Shown piece after piece: positions 29,829 to 40,414 of a stretch of DNA of 64,000 nt (within the stretch, counting starts at the first letter, position 1; each line of letters starts with the position of its first letter). Below the pieces are notes generated by a model, which worked only from the letters and a program-made list of their open reading frames with translations, searched no databases and had not been told where the DNA came from. Origin of the DNA: a virus; the IMG/VR virus record IMGVR_UViG_3300025009_000068, positions 25,433 to 89,432 of that record, one strand, 5' to 3'. Made by a program: the position numbers and the translations under genes.

Positions 29829-31238
29829 CTATGCTCCCGCTGCCATCGCATCGACCGCCACTACATGCCGCTGCCATCGCTGGAGCTCCATAGCCAAAAT
29901 AGCCTCGACCGCCGGGCCACGAACCGCCGCATGATCCTCTAAGCTTGGAAGAGGGAGGAGAACTGACTCGGGCTCGAAAGACCGCTCTTCGGAATCTGCC
30001 GTTGCCGCTTCTGCCTTTAATGCTTCCACCTTTATCGCCTCTTCCTTCATTCTCCTATCCATGTCCGCTAATCTCATTCCACCACTCAAGATCCCGCGCA
30101 AATCCAGCTCAGCATCCAGCGTCATCGAAGCGCGGTTGGAGGCCGAAAAAACCAAGGGAAGAATGGAGGCAACGTCAACAGTAACGCCGCCACGCTCCTC
30201 ACTTCCCTCACCCTTCAAGGCCTCTCTCCACTCTTCGCTCTCCAACTCAACACTCGCATACATGGCCTCCGCTACTCTCCCGCGCAACACGTCAGGATCA
30301 ATCCGCGCATGTCGGCAGCACCAGGCCAGTGTGAACGGGATTTGATCTTGCTGGATACCCTCTTCCACTTCTTCGCCTGTTGCACCCCCAGCCCTGCCAA
30401 TCCCACCGCCAGCCCTGCCGGTCCCGTGAAAAACCTCGAAGGGAGGAATCCCGGGGGCCCGGGGCGAAAACCACTCTTCCGATGGAAGCGCGATCCAATC
30501 GTCCCCGAACAAATCACCCGGCCGCCGCCCGGCAATCTCGGCCATGGCTACCTGCCGCGCCCGGAGAAACGTGGTCCGAATCGCTGTCTGAATAATGCGC
30601 TGCGCCGTGAGCCTGAGAATCGTGGCGGGCTCCATGTCGAGAGCATCGCTGCAAAACAGGATGGAGATTTTCGGGCCATAGTTACGCTGTAGGAACTGCC
30701 TTGAAAGAGGGGACGGTGTAGTATAGTGATCCGAGGATGGCATCCTGCGAACCGGAGGGACGTATGCTTCCGGGCCGCCTGGACAAGCTTCACGCTCAGC
30801 CTCGACGGCATTGCGCTCGGTCCATGTCCCCCACACAGCGCCATACTGCTTATTCTTCATCCTTTTCCAGCTCACCGCATGAGCTTGTGCTCGGCTATGG
30901 ACCACGCCGACCAGCGTCTGCCATATCCCGCCGCCAAACCACTCGGCCCCGTCCTCGCCATCGAGGAACCAGGCTCCAAGCTCGAGCCAAAGGTCCCGCT
31001 CCAAGGTCTCGTGGACTATTCCGCTCACCGGCCAGAGCGCCACGACCGTCGCATCCTCCACGGCTTGGGCGAGTACGGCAGCCGCCAGGGACCTCGTTGA
31101 GTCATAGATGAGCGAGCATGGCGACGCAAAGCCCATGATGTCTTCGTGGTAGTTTACAAAGCTGCCCGCGCTTCCCGCTCGCTTGGCTTGCGCCGATGAT
31201 GCTGGCGACGCCGGTGACGCTGGACGATCTCCCCCCAT
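29829..31238 (-). CDS. Hypothetical protein heading the late operon
   Basis: 469-aa ORF; LAAAVLAQAVEDA and FTLAWCC..ARIDPD motifs seen in phage proteins. Confidence 0.5.
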   Translation of the reverse strand: MGGDRPASPASPASSAQAKRAGSAGSFVNYHEDIMGFASPCSLIYDSTRSLAAAVLAQAVEDATVVALWPVSGIVHETLERDLWLELGAWFLDGEDGAEWFGGGIWQTLVGVVHSRAQAHAVSWKRMKNKQYGAVWGTWTERNAVEAEREACPGGPEAYVPPVRRMPSSDHYTTPSPLSRQFLQRNYGPKISILFCSDALDMEPATILRLTAQRIIQTAIRTTFLRARQVAMAEIAGRRPGDLFGDDWIALPSEEWFSPRAPGIPPFEVFHGTGRAGGGIGRAGGATGEEVEEGIQQDQIPFTLAWCCRHARIDPDVLRGRVAEAMYASVELESEEWREALKGEGSEERGGVTVDVASILPLVFSASNRASMTLDAELDLRGILSGGMRLADMDRRMKEEAIKVEALKAEAATADSEERSFEPESVLLPLPSLEDHAAVRGPAVEAILAMELQRWQRHVVAVDAMAAGA

Positions 31239-31933
31239 TTTCCTCTAAGCCCTCCTCCCCTTCAAGGCTTGCTGTGTCTGTATTTCTCACCGTTCTCGAC
31301 CCATTCCCCGGCAAAATACTGTTCTTGGAGCATTATCATACAGGTGAGGATGACATACGGCCAGAAAAACCTTGAAGGAATGAATTTGTGTTGGGATAGA
31401 TGGGCATGTCAGGGCGGGGTGGTGCAGAATCGGTGCAGAAACGAAGAAAAGGCGGGGCGAGTGGCTCCGAACCGGTGGGTAAGGCCGATTTGTGAGCGGA
31501 GCACTCGCCCCTGGAGGAAGAGGGGGTTGAAGGGTGAAGCCTTGAAACTTTCGTCGGGAACCATTCCGGTAAGCTCAGTAAGTCCTTGAAAGGAGGAGGG
31601 AAACAAGGGCTTACTCCTCTTCCCGGAAAAAGGACAGATCTCCCCATCGTAGCATGGGTGGGACCTCTCCTGCGGCGTCCCCGTGGCGGCCGTGGTCCGA
31701 CCCCACGCGCGGACGATTGCACATTTGCCTCGAAGATGTCAAGTCCTTGTCAAGTCCTCGGAAATTCCCTCTCTTCAAGGTCATACCATTAAATGGTCAT
31801 ACCAACAAAAGGTCGGACAACCTTACCAATAAAAACTATGTTACTGGAATTGCTTGTGTTTTTTTCTATTTTTTCCTTACCAATTTTATATTCCGTGAAA
31901 TTATTGGGGAATTGTTTCCGCAAAAAATAATTC

Positions 31934-31962
31934 TTGACTTCCGAAAACGGAAGTATTAAGGT
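31934..31962 (+). promoter_or_regulatory. Sigma70 promoter with an overlapping operator palindrome
   Basis: TTGACT (31934)-17 bp-TAAGGT; ACTTCCG-AAAA-CGGAAGT at 31937-31954; AT-rich upstream element. Confidence 0.6.
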
Positions 31963-32082
31963 GTTTTTGACGGTTAATTTTCACGGAAAAAAAGAAAAAA
32001 GTTGAAAAAGATGTTTTTTTCTGTGTAAGTTTGGTGAAGGTTGGAAGGAATTACAAGTCGTTACTGTAAAGGAGAAACGGAC

Positions 32083-32301
32083 ATGCTGAAATGCGAGAAC
32101 CCAAAAATGGAAAAGAAGACTCTGGCTGCGTTTCGTGCGTTGCACCCAGGCCGCAGCGTCAAGTGGAGTGCATGGTTTGAGCATGGACAACTTTGGATCT
32201 GCGGAACCAACGGCGCACAGTACAGCGTGGTGGATGCTGAAGGACCTGGAAGTGTGGATGGGTTTGACTTTGAGCTTGTGACCGAGCCCGATGAAGATTA
32301 G
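32083..32301 (+). CDS. Hypothetical early protein
   Basis: AAGGAG RBS; 72 aa. Confidence 0.6.
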   Translation: MLKCENPKMEKKTLAAFRALHPGRSVKWSAWFEHGQLWICGTNGAQYSVVDAEGPGSVDGFDFELVTEPDED

Positions 32302-32386
32302 CCATGATTCCTTTTAGCGCGCCCGGCCCACCCGGAGCCGATGATCCGGGCATAACCAGCAACACCAACAACCAAGAAATGGAGAA

Positions 32387-32719
32387 ATGACCATGACCGA
32401 GTACAGCAACCCCAGGATGAGCGCAACAATCGAGAATTGGCCGAGCGGATCAAGGAAAGTGACAGCGGTCTTCGCAATCGAAAAACACCCGAAGAAAGGC
32501 GAGCGAGCTACCCGGCAGACTACCGGGGCCGTCAAGAAGCTCACATATTCCACGAAGGCCCGCATCGTGGACGGCTCCGACGGGCGCACCTACATCGCCG
32601 CGCTTTCCTCCACTTACAGGATCATCACGATTATGAATGGAGACATGAAATACCATCACGAATCGTTCCACCATGACGACCCGAGATATCCTGATCTCCT
32701 CTTGGCATTGTTTTCCTGA
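32387..32719 (+). CDS. Hypothetical early protein
   Basis: GGAG RBS; 110 aa. Confidence 0.65.
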   Translation: MTMTEYSNPRMSATIENWPSGSRKVTAVFAIEKHPKKGERATRQTTGAVKKLTYSTKARIVDGSDGRTYIAALSSTYRIITIMNGDMKYHHESFHHDDPRYPDLLLALFS

Positions 32720-32822
32720 TTTCCCCCTACGCTCTCGACCTGGACACCGGGAGCGCGGGGAGAAGGCAGGGGAAGCAGTAACGATGACCAATCACACCAC
32801 AAACGAAAGGGAGAGAGCCACA

Positions 32823-32999
32823 ATGACCACAAGCAAAGCCAAAAAACTTTACCGAAACTTGATAGAGAACTGGAGCATGGCCATTGAGGATGGATTCCCG
32901 ACTCTCGCAACTGATTATTCCGAGGAAGCCAAGAAGCTCAGGGCACGGTATCCTGAGTGTGATGAGCCCTACAACGAAGAGGAGGAGGTAAACCATTAG
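32823..32999 (+). CDS. Hypothetical early protein
   Basis: GGAG RBS; reads MTTSKAKKLY..., 58 aa. Confidence 0.5.
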   Translation: MTTSKAKKLYRNLIENWSMAIEDGFPTLATDYSEEAKKLRARYPECDEPYNEEEEVNH

Positions 33000-33241
33000 C
33001 CATGCCACCCATAGAAGATGAATCCAGCCCCACCCAGTACACTCCACAATGGCGCTCGGCACCCTACGCCCTGCGCCTGATCGGCAGGCTCCACGATCTG
33101 AAGCGCAACGACCCGAAGCCGAGCGAGCCAACGCCTTCCCGTGAAGGGTCAATGCCTACTCTTGGGGCAGAAGCCTCGGCACCGACCCGAAAGCTGACCA
33201 TCATTAGAAAAAAGAACAAACCATAGAAAAGGAGATCCATT

Positions 33242-33661
33242 ATGGCTCACTACAAAAGAAATAAAAAACTCGTTACCCGTCACCTCATGGCAGAGCGGGC
33301 GCTCGGTTCAGAAATCGAAAGTTCTGGTATCGTCACGGCATTTGACGACACCGATTTTGAGGCCGGAAAATGTTGTAATGGGGGCCATTACAGATTCTGG
33401 ATAGAGTATCAATTTATTGGCAATTCCACATGGAAGCTGGTTTTCGGAAACAGTTCCGATTTTGAAAGTTGTTCGAATTGTGGTGATTTTGCTCGCGACC
33501 GCCATGAAGGGCTGACAGAAGATGGCGACGGATGGGAAAGTTACTGCCCAGTCAAGACAATCTCCACCATGGAACTTGTTCACGAACTGAAGAGAATAGA
33601 CTCCTCCACTCGTGCATGCAACTACTACCCTGAAGAAAAAGCCGAATACTGGAGACTCTAA
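33242..33661 (+). CDS. Hypothetical early protein (Cys-containing, AT-richer)
   Basis: AAGGAG RBS; 139 aa. Confidence 0.6.
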   Translation: MAHYKRNKKLVTRHLMAERALGSEIESSGIVTAFDDTDFEAGKCCNGGHYRFWIEYQFIGNSTWKLVFGNSSDFESCSNCGDFARDRHEGLTEDGDGWESYCPVKTISTMELVHELKRIDSSTRACNYYPEEKAEYWRL

Positions 33662-33703
33662 GCGATTACTAAATGCACTAAAAGAGGAAGGACAAAAAAC
33701 AAC

Positions 33704-33910
33704 ATGGACTTGAATGACGACATCGCTTATTGGGAACAGATTAGGATGAGGTGGGAAGCCGAATTGAGGGACTACCCGGAGACGACACTCCTAACGAAAA
33801 AGAAAATAAATGGGTTGACTCGCAGGATAAACCGGATGATGTCATTGCGTGAGGAGGTGGACGCACTCAGAAAAGACACAAAAAAATTCATCGATGAGTT
33901 TTTCTCCTGA
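33704..33910 (+). CDS. Hypothetical coiled-coil protein
   Basis: 68-aa ORF with RBS. Confidence 0.5.
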   Translation: MDLNDDIAYWEQIRMRWEAELRDYPETTLLTKKKINGLTRRINRMMSLREEVDALRKDTKKFIDEFFS

Positions 33911-33993
33911 TTAAGGCCGAGCCCCCAACCTTCGTGGGCGGGGCTGAGCGCAAACGAACAATAATAATACGGAGGAAGAAAGGATAATCAACC

Positions 33994-34311
33994 ATGCCAC
34001 TCTACAACGCAAAAGGCGAACAAATCCTCTCCCCGGCCGCCGCCGCCCGAGCAACCGGAATGACCGACCGATGGATCCGGATGATGATGACCGAGGAGAA
34101 GGTCAGGTCCTCCCTGGAAGGGGGGAGGCGATTCGTGGTGGTGAGCAGCTTGCGGGAGCGGCTGCTTGAAATGCGAGGGAAGCGGGAAGAAATTGTCGCG
34201 AAGAATGGAGGGTACGGAGAAGAAGGGAGAAAGGCGTTGAGGAGGAGGAGGGAAGACAGGTACTGGGAAGGGAAAATGAAGAAGTTTTTGGAGAATGAGA
34301 TTGTTGACTGA
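33994..34311 (+). CDS. HTH (excisionase/HTH_17-like) DNA-binding protein
   Basis: LSPAAAARATGMTDRWIRMMM..GGRRFV pattern. Confidence 0.55.
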   Translation: MPLYNAKGEQILSPAAAARATGMTDRWIRMMMTEEKVRSSLEGGRRFVVVSSLRERLLEMRGKREEIVAKNGGYGEEGRKALRRRREDRYWEGKMKKFLENEIVD

Positions 34312-34339
34312 GCACATTACCTTGAAAAGGAGAAATGCC

Positions 34340-34834
34340 ATGACGACCACTACCATGACGACCATTGCCGAGAAACATAGCACTCAACTCTCCACGCAGA
34401 TTGCAACCCAGCCAGCTACGCAGCCAGAAATTCCCCCCTTCTCGGCCCCGCTCCACCTGCCCCTTGCGAACGCCTATTGGCATCAGGGCGTGAGGTCCTG
34501 GACGCGATGTCGTCACCTTGCCGTTGAGCACATGATGCCCATACTCGCCGCGAGGGGAAAGAGGAATGAGGATTCATCCGTTTCCTCTGCCTCCTTCGCT
34601 CTTGGCGCCATTCCCCACTTCTCCCCGGAGTACCCGGCCTTCCTGCGACGCGAAATCTTCCGTAAGGACCACGCCGCAGACCCCGGCAACAACCCTTTCC
34701 CGGTTGACGGAGGAGACCTGGCATGCATTTTCGAGGATGTAACTTACGTTGCAATCCGGCCTGAGTGGGATCGGGTGACCATCATGGGTGGAATGGGGAG
34801 GGGCGGAGTTAAGAGCGAGAGCGCGCGGAGGTGA
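34340..34834 (+). CDS. Hypothetical protein
   Basis: AAGGAG RBS; last gene of the plus-strand early block. Confidence 0.5.
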   Translation: MTTTTMTTIAEKHSTQLSTQIATQPATQPEIPPFSAPLHLPLANAYWHQGVRSWTRCRHLAVEHMMPILAARGKRNEDSSVSSASFALGAIPHFSPEYPAFLRREIFRKDHAADPGNNPFPVDGGDLACIFEDVTYVAIRPEWDRVTIMGGMGRGGVKSESARR

Positions 34835-34910
34835 GAGAGCGAGGATAAAACGTCGAAAGCAGACAAAAGCCTTAAGGGAAAGGGGCCTTACTTTCTTGAC
34901 CTCCTCACCT

Positions 34911-35387
34911 TCAAGGCTTTTTCTTTTTATTTTCCCCGTCATGTCTCTCGCCCTCCCGCGCCATATACTCCTCGATCCAAGTTTCAATATCCTCATCCCT
35001 AACCGCCCACCACCCTTTCCCGGGAAGCTGCTTCGCCGGCAGCCCGGCCTGGGCCACGAGCTTTTTTACGGTCTCGGGACAAAACGGCCTCGAAGGAGAG
35101 AGCCTGCGCCCAATGGAGCGGAGCGTGCGGTGCGTGTGGTCCGGCACAGGAGGGAGCGATGCGATGTTTGGCCGCGGGATCTCATGGCGGAGAGCGTCCG
35201 TGATCTCCGAATGGCAGGCCGAGGCGGTGAATTTCAGGAGGCGGGATACTGTTTTTTCTATTGAGGATGGCGGGGAGGGTTGCACTGCGGGTGGTTGTGT
35301 GAGTGGTTTCGCTGCTGGTTTCGCCGCCGCCGCTTCCCCTCGAAGGGTGGTGATTGGCTTTCCTTGAGGTGATGGTCTTCGCGCCAT
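34911..35387 (-). CDS. Hypothetical protein with an excisionase-like winged C-terminus
   Basis: LPAKQLPGKGWWAVRDEDIETWIEEY. Confidence 0.4.
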   Translation of the reverse strand: MARRPSPQGKPITTLRGEAAAAKPAAKPLTQPPAVQPSPPSSIEKTVSRLLKFTASACHSEITDALRHEIPRPNIASLPPVPDHTHRTLRSIGRRLSPSRPFCPETVKKLVAQAGLPAKQLPGKGWWAVRDEDIETWIEEYMAREGERHDGENKKKKP

Positions 35388-35633
35388 GGCTTATCCTTTC
35401 TTCTGCTCTTTGAGAAGCTTGGCCAACACCACGCATGCGGCCACCGTACTATGATAGCTCCCACGATTTCGATATTCCTCTCTGGCCACCCGCTGCAAAC
35501 CCAGAAGATCCTCCCTCCCCTTCCCGGCATAAAGCTCATGTGCTTTTCTGAGCGCCATCGCAAAATTGAAATCGTGGATGCTGTTTTCTGCGTCTGAGGC
35601 CTCGACGCGAATCAGTGCTTCAATGTCCATGGC

Positions 35634-36326
35634 TTATCCCTCCCTATCCTTGATTTCCTCTCTCTTCAAGGCCTTCATCTCCCGCTCCCGCTTCCTCCAC
35701 TCGACATTGAGCGCGGTCCATGCCAGGTCGAGCCGGGCCTGTATTCCACTTGAAGATGGAGAGCGGGACCCGCCACCTACGTCTTCGCTTTCTTTCCTTC
35801 CACCGTTCCCACCCCCATCTTCTCCCCCTTCCAAGCCATCCTTGTCCTTCCCTCCTCCCCCGCAAATCTCCCCGAAAAACCTCCGCCTCTCCCCGTCCCC
35901 CGAGAATATCATGAGCTGCTCGACAATTTCAAATCCGTCGAAATGGTCAACCAGGATCAGCACCTGGTGCCGGGTATCGAGCGCGCGGAAAGCAAATCCG
36001 AACTCCTCGACAATGCGGTGCTCCTTCTTTGCCGTCGAGGGAATGTAACAGGGCCCCTCGGATACGACGTGGACGCCTCCCGTGTGAACATCATAGCGCA
36101 GGCACTGCATGGACGGCGGAAGGGAAAAGGCCCGCCCGGCGATGCGGATGGACTCGTACTCGGCCCAGCGGGAAACTAGAGAGCCGAGATAGACTAGGCG
36201 GTCAGGGGAGACTGCATCGCTGGCGCTGGAGACTTGGCGGTCGTTGTCGCTGCTTCCGCTATTTTGGCCCAAGGCCGATTCCCCCTTCCCGGCATTCACC
36301 TCTCTTGTGACCATCCAAAACCCCAT
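35634..36326 (-). CDS. Hypothetical protein
   Basis: 230-aa ORF in the minus-strand operon. Confidence 0.45.
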   Translation of the reverse strand: MGFWMVTREVNAGKGESALGQNSGSSDNDRQVSSASDAVSPDRLVYLGSLVSRWAEYESIRIAGRAFSLPPSMQCLRYDVHTGGVHVVSEGPCYIPSTAKKEHRIVEEFGFAFRALDTRHQVLILVDHFDGFEIVEQLMIFSGDGERRRFFGEICGGGGKDKDGLEGGEDGGGNGGRKESEDVGGGSRSPSSSGIQARLDLAWTALNVEWRKREREMKALKREEIKDREG

Positions 36327-36639
36327 AAAAAACCATTTTCCACCCGGCCTCGATCCATTGCGCCCGCTGGTAACCGTCCATGGCTATCTCCAGATCGTGG
36401 ATCTTCCTCATCTGCCGAATGCGCCGGTCTATCTCTTCCTGGCGCTCGGTGCTGGTGTCTGAATCCGGGTGGGCAACGTCATAACACCACGAACACAGGC
36501 CCGGCGTGGGTTGCTCGCGCTCCGTGTTGTTGCAGCGGCGACAGGGAAGGGTGATGGTTGTCTTTGCTTGATTTGATTGCAATTTTTCAACCGCAATCTC
36601 CGAGGTAGTCTCTGGGGTGGCCTCTAAAACAGTGTCCAT

Positions 36640-37011
36640 CTATGCCTCCATCATCGACAAAAAGTCCACGCGATGCAAAACCATGGTCCTGCACTCCCAA
36701 CACCGATCCATGAGCGCAAGCCTGGCGGCCTCCGGGTCTGCCTTCCACTCGCGCTCCTCGTCGGTCAAATAGCTAAAATCCGGCTGCTCAATCGGAGAGT
36801 TGTGGTTCCCTCCCCTTCGCAGCATTTCCGCCACGAGCTCGTCATGCCTCGCTTTGTAGTTGGCTGGCTCGAAACAGTTGTTGGTGAGGTATTTTCCGGG
36901 GCGCATCTTCTTGATGGTCCACTTCTTCTCGTGCTTATGGTGCTCGAAATGCGCGCCGTTGAGATGCTGTTGGCAGAGGTATCTTGGATCGATTGTTGGC
37001 CTTGCGTTCAT
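36640..37011 (-). CDS. Pyrimidine-dimer DNA glycosylase/endonuclease V family protein
   Basis: IDPRYLCQQHLNGAHFEHH and RHDELVAEMLRRG.NH motifs (T4 DenV-like). Confidence 0.75.
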   Translation of the reverse strand: MNARPTIDPRYLCQQHLNGAHFEHHKHEKKWTIKKMRPGKYLTNNCFEPANYKARHDELVAEMLRRGGNHNSPIEQPDFSYLTDEEREWKADPEAARLALMDRCWECRTMVLHRVDFLSMMEA

Positions 37012-37040
37012 GGTTTTCTATCCCTCCTTCTCGCCATCCC

Positions 37041-37586
37041 TCACCCCTCCCTAACCACAACAACGCACCGGCTCTTCCCCTCCCCGACCCGCACCGACTC
37101 CATGACCACGCGCCGAACGAACCGCGGCGAATCCCCGGCCAAGATTTTCACGGTGACAAGCCCGTCAATGATCATTTTCAGCGTTGCCGACAAATTGTCC
37201 GCGTCGTACATTCTGGCACCCTTGGCAAAGCAGCCGAAGCATTCTACTGTGACCGGATATCGCCCACCCCACCGAGCAAGCCTTTGCTTCCTGGCCTCGC
37301 GCGCTATGAGGTGCTGCCATTTGATTTTAAGCTTGATCCTATCTTTTGTGGTGAGCTTTCCGTGGAATTCGTTGGTTGACGGGGCTATGGCCGGGACATG
37401 GAAGTGGAAGAAGAAGGGGGAGACTGGTTGAGGGGCGAGTTGAGAATGATGGGATGAAGCAGGTTGAGAAGGCGGAGTAGGGACATGGATGTATGGAGTA
37501 ATCAGCGATTCCGATAGGGTGGTGATGGTGGAAGATATGGTAGCAGGCGATTTGATCACGGCGTTTTCTCCCTTTAAGGATTGCAC
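37041..37586 (-). CDS. RusA-like Holliday junction resolvase
   Basis: PSTN, DADNL..K..IDGLV and GDS motifs. Confidence 0.7.
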   Translation of the reverse strand: MQSLKGENAVIKSPATISSTITTLSESLITPYIHVPTPPSQPASSHHSQLAPQPVSPFFFHFHVPAIAPSTNEFHGKLTTKDRIKLKIKWQHLIAREARKQRLARWGGRYPVTVECFGCFAKGARMYDADNLSATLKMIIDGLVTVKILAGDSPRFVRRVVMESVRVGEGKSRCVVVVREG

Positions 37587-37878
37587 TTCTGCTCGCTCCT
37601 ACTCAGGCACTACTCAACGAACTTCGGATCTGTCTCCTTCAAGGCATATCCAGATGAAATATACGTGCATTCCACCCACTCAATCTCTTTTTCCTTCAAC
37701 ATTTCGTCAAGCAGTTTTACGGCGTCTTCAGACTCCATGCCATGACGTTTGTGGAGTTGATATTGAAGCTCGTCCAGCGGGGCCGGGGCCATGTAAGCCG
37801 CCGTGTGCCACCAGATGTAATGCAGCGCCGTTTCTTTTGGCGTTCTTTGAACGTCCTTCTTTGTCGATTTCGATCCAG

Positions 37879-38376
37879 TCAAGGTTCCCCCTCCCTTCCA
37901 AGCAATCCCTCAATCCAAGCCTTCACCTCTTCCAAGCTTCTCGCCACCTTAACATGATGGCCGAGCGCACTCAAATGCTGAATCGTTTCCTTTTGCTCCT
38001 TCGTCGGGTACTCATTTTTCTTTTTTAACTCGAGCCAGGCGGTGACGGCTCTTGGAAGCGCGACAACCAAGTCAAGGAAGCCAGGGACGTTTGCTCGCTT
38101 CGATCTATCATGGTGGTAGTACCAGTGCCGCTCATCAAGCCAATCCTCCACCTCTTTTTGGAGATCCGATTCCTTGCCCTCTGTTGCCTCGAAGAGAGGG
38201 GGCTCTTTGATGTCGTTTTTGGCCTCTTCAGCGCATTCATGCTTCTTCCCACCCATTCCCCTGCACCGAGGGCAGATCGACTGAGATGCAGCATAATTCG
38301 CACCGCAGCGTTGGCAGGAAATGACAGTGAGGTCCGCGAGGAAGGATGGGGGCGTCATGGCTTCGTGCTCTCCCAC
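37879..38376 (-). CDS. VRR-NUC domain nuclease with an N-terminal Zn ribbon
   Basis: ESDLQKEV..PGFLDL..WLELK..EQ..VARSLEEV. Confidence 0.75.
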   Translation of the reverse strand: MGEHEAMTPPSFLADLTVISCQRCGANYAASQSICPRCRGMGGKKHECAEEAKNDIKEPPLFEATEGKESDLQKEVEDWLDERHWYYHHDRSKRANVPGFLDLVVALPRAVTAWLELKKKNEYPTKEQKETIQHLSALGHHVKVARSLEEVKAWIEGLLGREGEP

Positions 38377-38683
38377 TCTTCAAGGGCGTCAAACTCATCC
38401 CGCCTCATCGCCTTCCTTGTGATCTTGAGCGCGGGCTCGTGGTCATTATTGCCGCCCACCGCACCTCCACCGCTGCCGGCCCCTCCCGCCCCGCCGCCGG
38501 CCCGCAAAAACTTATCCACCATGCCCCGGACCTCCTCGACGTCGTCACATAGTACACTCACCCGCTTGGTGCCGGAGGCGTAGGTCACCTCGTGGACGGT
38601 AATGATGGTGGCTGTGGTGATAGTGGCTGTGGTAATGGACTCATTGTCTTTCTGTGATACCGCCATACAAGGTTGGTTCTCCT

Positions 38684-39124
38684 TCAAAACGGCAAGAAAT
38701 CACTCACAATCACTTTAACCAGCTCATCCAGATTCAAGCATATCCTGTTCACCATGGCATACATGAGCTCCGGTTCGGAAGGCTCCTCGATGAGCACATA
38801 GGTTGCCTTCAACTCCCCGATGGCATACCCAAGCTCGAGATGAGCGCTTCGACCGCAAGGAAGCACGAGAACGCAGGCATCGCAATCGTCCAGAGCTTTC
38901 TTGTCGCTCTCAAATCCTATCCTTGCAATGGGATCTTTAAGAGCTTCCCTGAACTGTCCCGGCGTCCAGCTCTTCCAGTCCTGGTCAATCTCGGACCAAT
39001 GGAAGCCGTTATCTCCTTCCCTGGGATTCTTGAAGTCGTAAACATCAAAACCCTCGGCCCTGAGTGCCTTGACCACTTCAGGCTGTCTCGTGTTTCTCCA
39101 TGAAGACGCCACATAGATTTTCAT
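38684..39124 (-). CDS. Nucleoside 2-deoxyribosyltransferase-like protein
   Basis: KIYVASSWRN..D..ALDDCDACVLVLPCGRSAHLELGYA. Confidence 0.75.
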   Translation of the reverse strand: MKIYVASSWRNTRQPEVVKALRAEGFDVYDFKNPREGDNGFHWSEIDQDWKSWTPGQFREALKDPIARIGFESDKKALDDCDACVLVLPCGRSAHLELGYAIGELKATYVLIEEPSEPELMYAMVNRICLNLDELVKVIVSDFLPF

Positions 39125-39139
39125 ACTTTTCCCCTTCTC

Positions 39140-40414
39140 TCACCTTCCTTCATCCCTACCGCCCCCCCCACCATTCCCACCAACCCCAGCCACCAACTCG
39201 ACAAACCACCACCGATCCGCGATCTTACGGAAGTCTATCACGTTCACATGCGCCAGCACAAACCGCCGAACATCCTCCCGCTTGATCCTCCAAATATCCC
39301 CGTGCTGCGCCTCGGTTCTCGCGGTCCCCATCCGCTCGGCAATGAGCAACCCCCGATCGATCCACCGCACAACAGCTTGACTGTCCACCCCGAACAGCCT
39401 ACCCAGTCCCCGAGAAGTGAAGCTCTCCCCGTTCAGCACCACTTCCTTCCCGCCAAGCCTCGTCATTTTGATTTTGATCGCCGTAGCGCTCCGCTGGAAT
39501 CCAGCCTTCCGCATGTTCCTTGCGATCACCACGGGGGACCAGTGGGCGTTTTCCTTGAGGCAGGCAAGCTCTTCCTCGCTCCACGGGGCTTCGGCCCTTG
39601 GTGAAAACAGGACCCCGAGCGCCGACGCCCGTCGGGAAACCTTCCAAGGAGGAACGCCGAGCTGCTCGGCCAGGGCCTTGACGTGGCTTTTGCGATCCAT
39701 CCCCACCTTCTCGGCATAGAGCTGCTTTATAAGCTCGTCGCCTTCCGGGGTGATTGTGTATTTTTCCGGTTTGCCTCCATTTTTTTCGCCACCACTGCCA
39801 TCCCCTGGCCAGCCGAAGTTTGGCTTGAAATGTCTGCGCTTGCATTCCGCGTTGTAATATTTCCTGCTCTCCCAGTACCCACCGATCACCCTGGCGAAGG
39901 CCTTGCCACACCCGCAGGCGCAATACACTTTCTCTCGGGGCTTTTTGTTTGGCGGAGGCTTGCGAGTGCTGGTTCCGGATCCAGCGCGGGCCTGCTCCCA
40001 CTTTTCTTGGGCTTCGAGGGAGATTCCGGTTAAGGGGCGGGGCGGGGCAGTGGATGTGGCGATGGATGGTTCGGATTGAATTGGAAGGTTCTGCAATGAT
40101 GCTGGCCTTGAAGGAGAAGGTATTGGCCTTGAAGGGGATGGAGTTTTTGCCTTGTGAGCCTTCTCTCTCTTTGGGGCCTCATTCTTTAGGGCATCATTCT
40201 TTGGTGGCATCAGCATTGTCCCGCATGCTCCACCCTTGCACATCCCTACATCGCACATCCCCGCTTCAAACGTCACGTCCTCCCCTTCCCCGCGACACGT
40301 CGGGCAGGTCCTGAGCCCAGGGGTTGCCTCGCGCTCATGGCAGAGCTTGCAGGGGTTTTCGAGCGTTGCCGACACTACTATTGCCGATGATGGCATGGAC
40401 ACCCGGGTTATCAT
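39140..40414 (-). CDS. Multi-domain DNA-binding protein (Zn motifs, Myb-like and HTH repeats)
   Basis: CACGCG, WSEEELACL and LGRLFGVDSQAVVRWIDRGLL motifs. Confidence 0.55.
   Translation of the reverse strand: MITRVSMPSSAIVVSATLENPCKLCHEREATPGLRTCPTCRGEGEDVTFEAGMCDVGMCKGGACGTMLMPPKNDALKNEAPKREKAHKAKTPSPSRPIPSPSRPASLQNLPIQSEPSIATSTAPPRPLTGISLEAQEKWEQARAGSGTSTRKPPPNKKPREKVYCACGCGKAFARVIGGYWESRKYYNAECKRRHFKPNFGWPGDGSGGEKNGGKPEKYTITPEGDELIKQLYAEKVGMDRKSHVKALAEQLGVPPWKVSRRASALGVLFSPRAEAPWSEEELACLKENAHWSPVVIARNMRKAGFQRSATAIKIKMTRLGGKEVVLNGESFTSRGLGRLFGVDSQAVVRWIDRGLLIAERMGTARTEAQHGDIWRIKREDVRRFVLAHVNVIDFRKIADRWWFVELVAGVGGNGGGGGRDEGR

Noticed and set aside
36259-37011. In-frame TAG-ATG junction at 36639/36640 as readthrough or pyrrolysine
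   Set aside because: The DenV-like domain is complete before the stop, and a GGAGG RBS precedes the next ATG.
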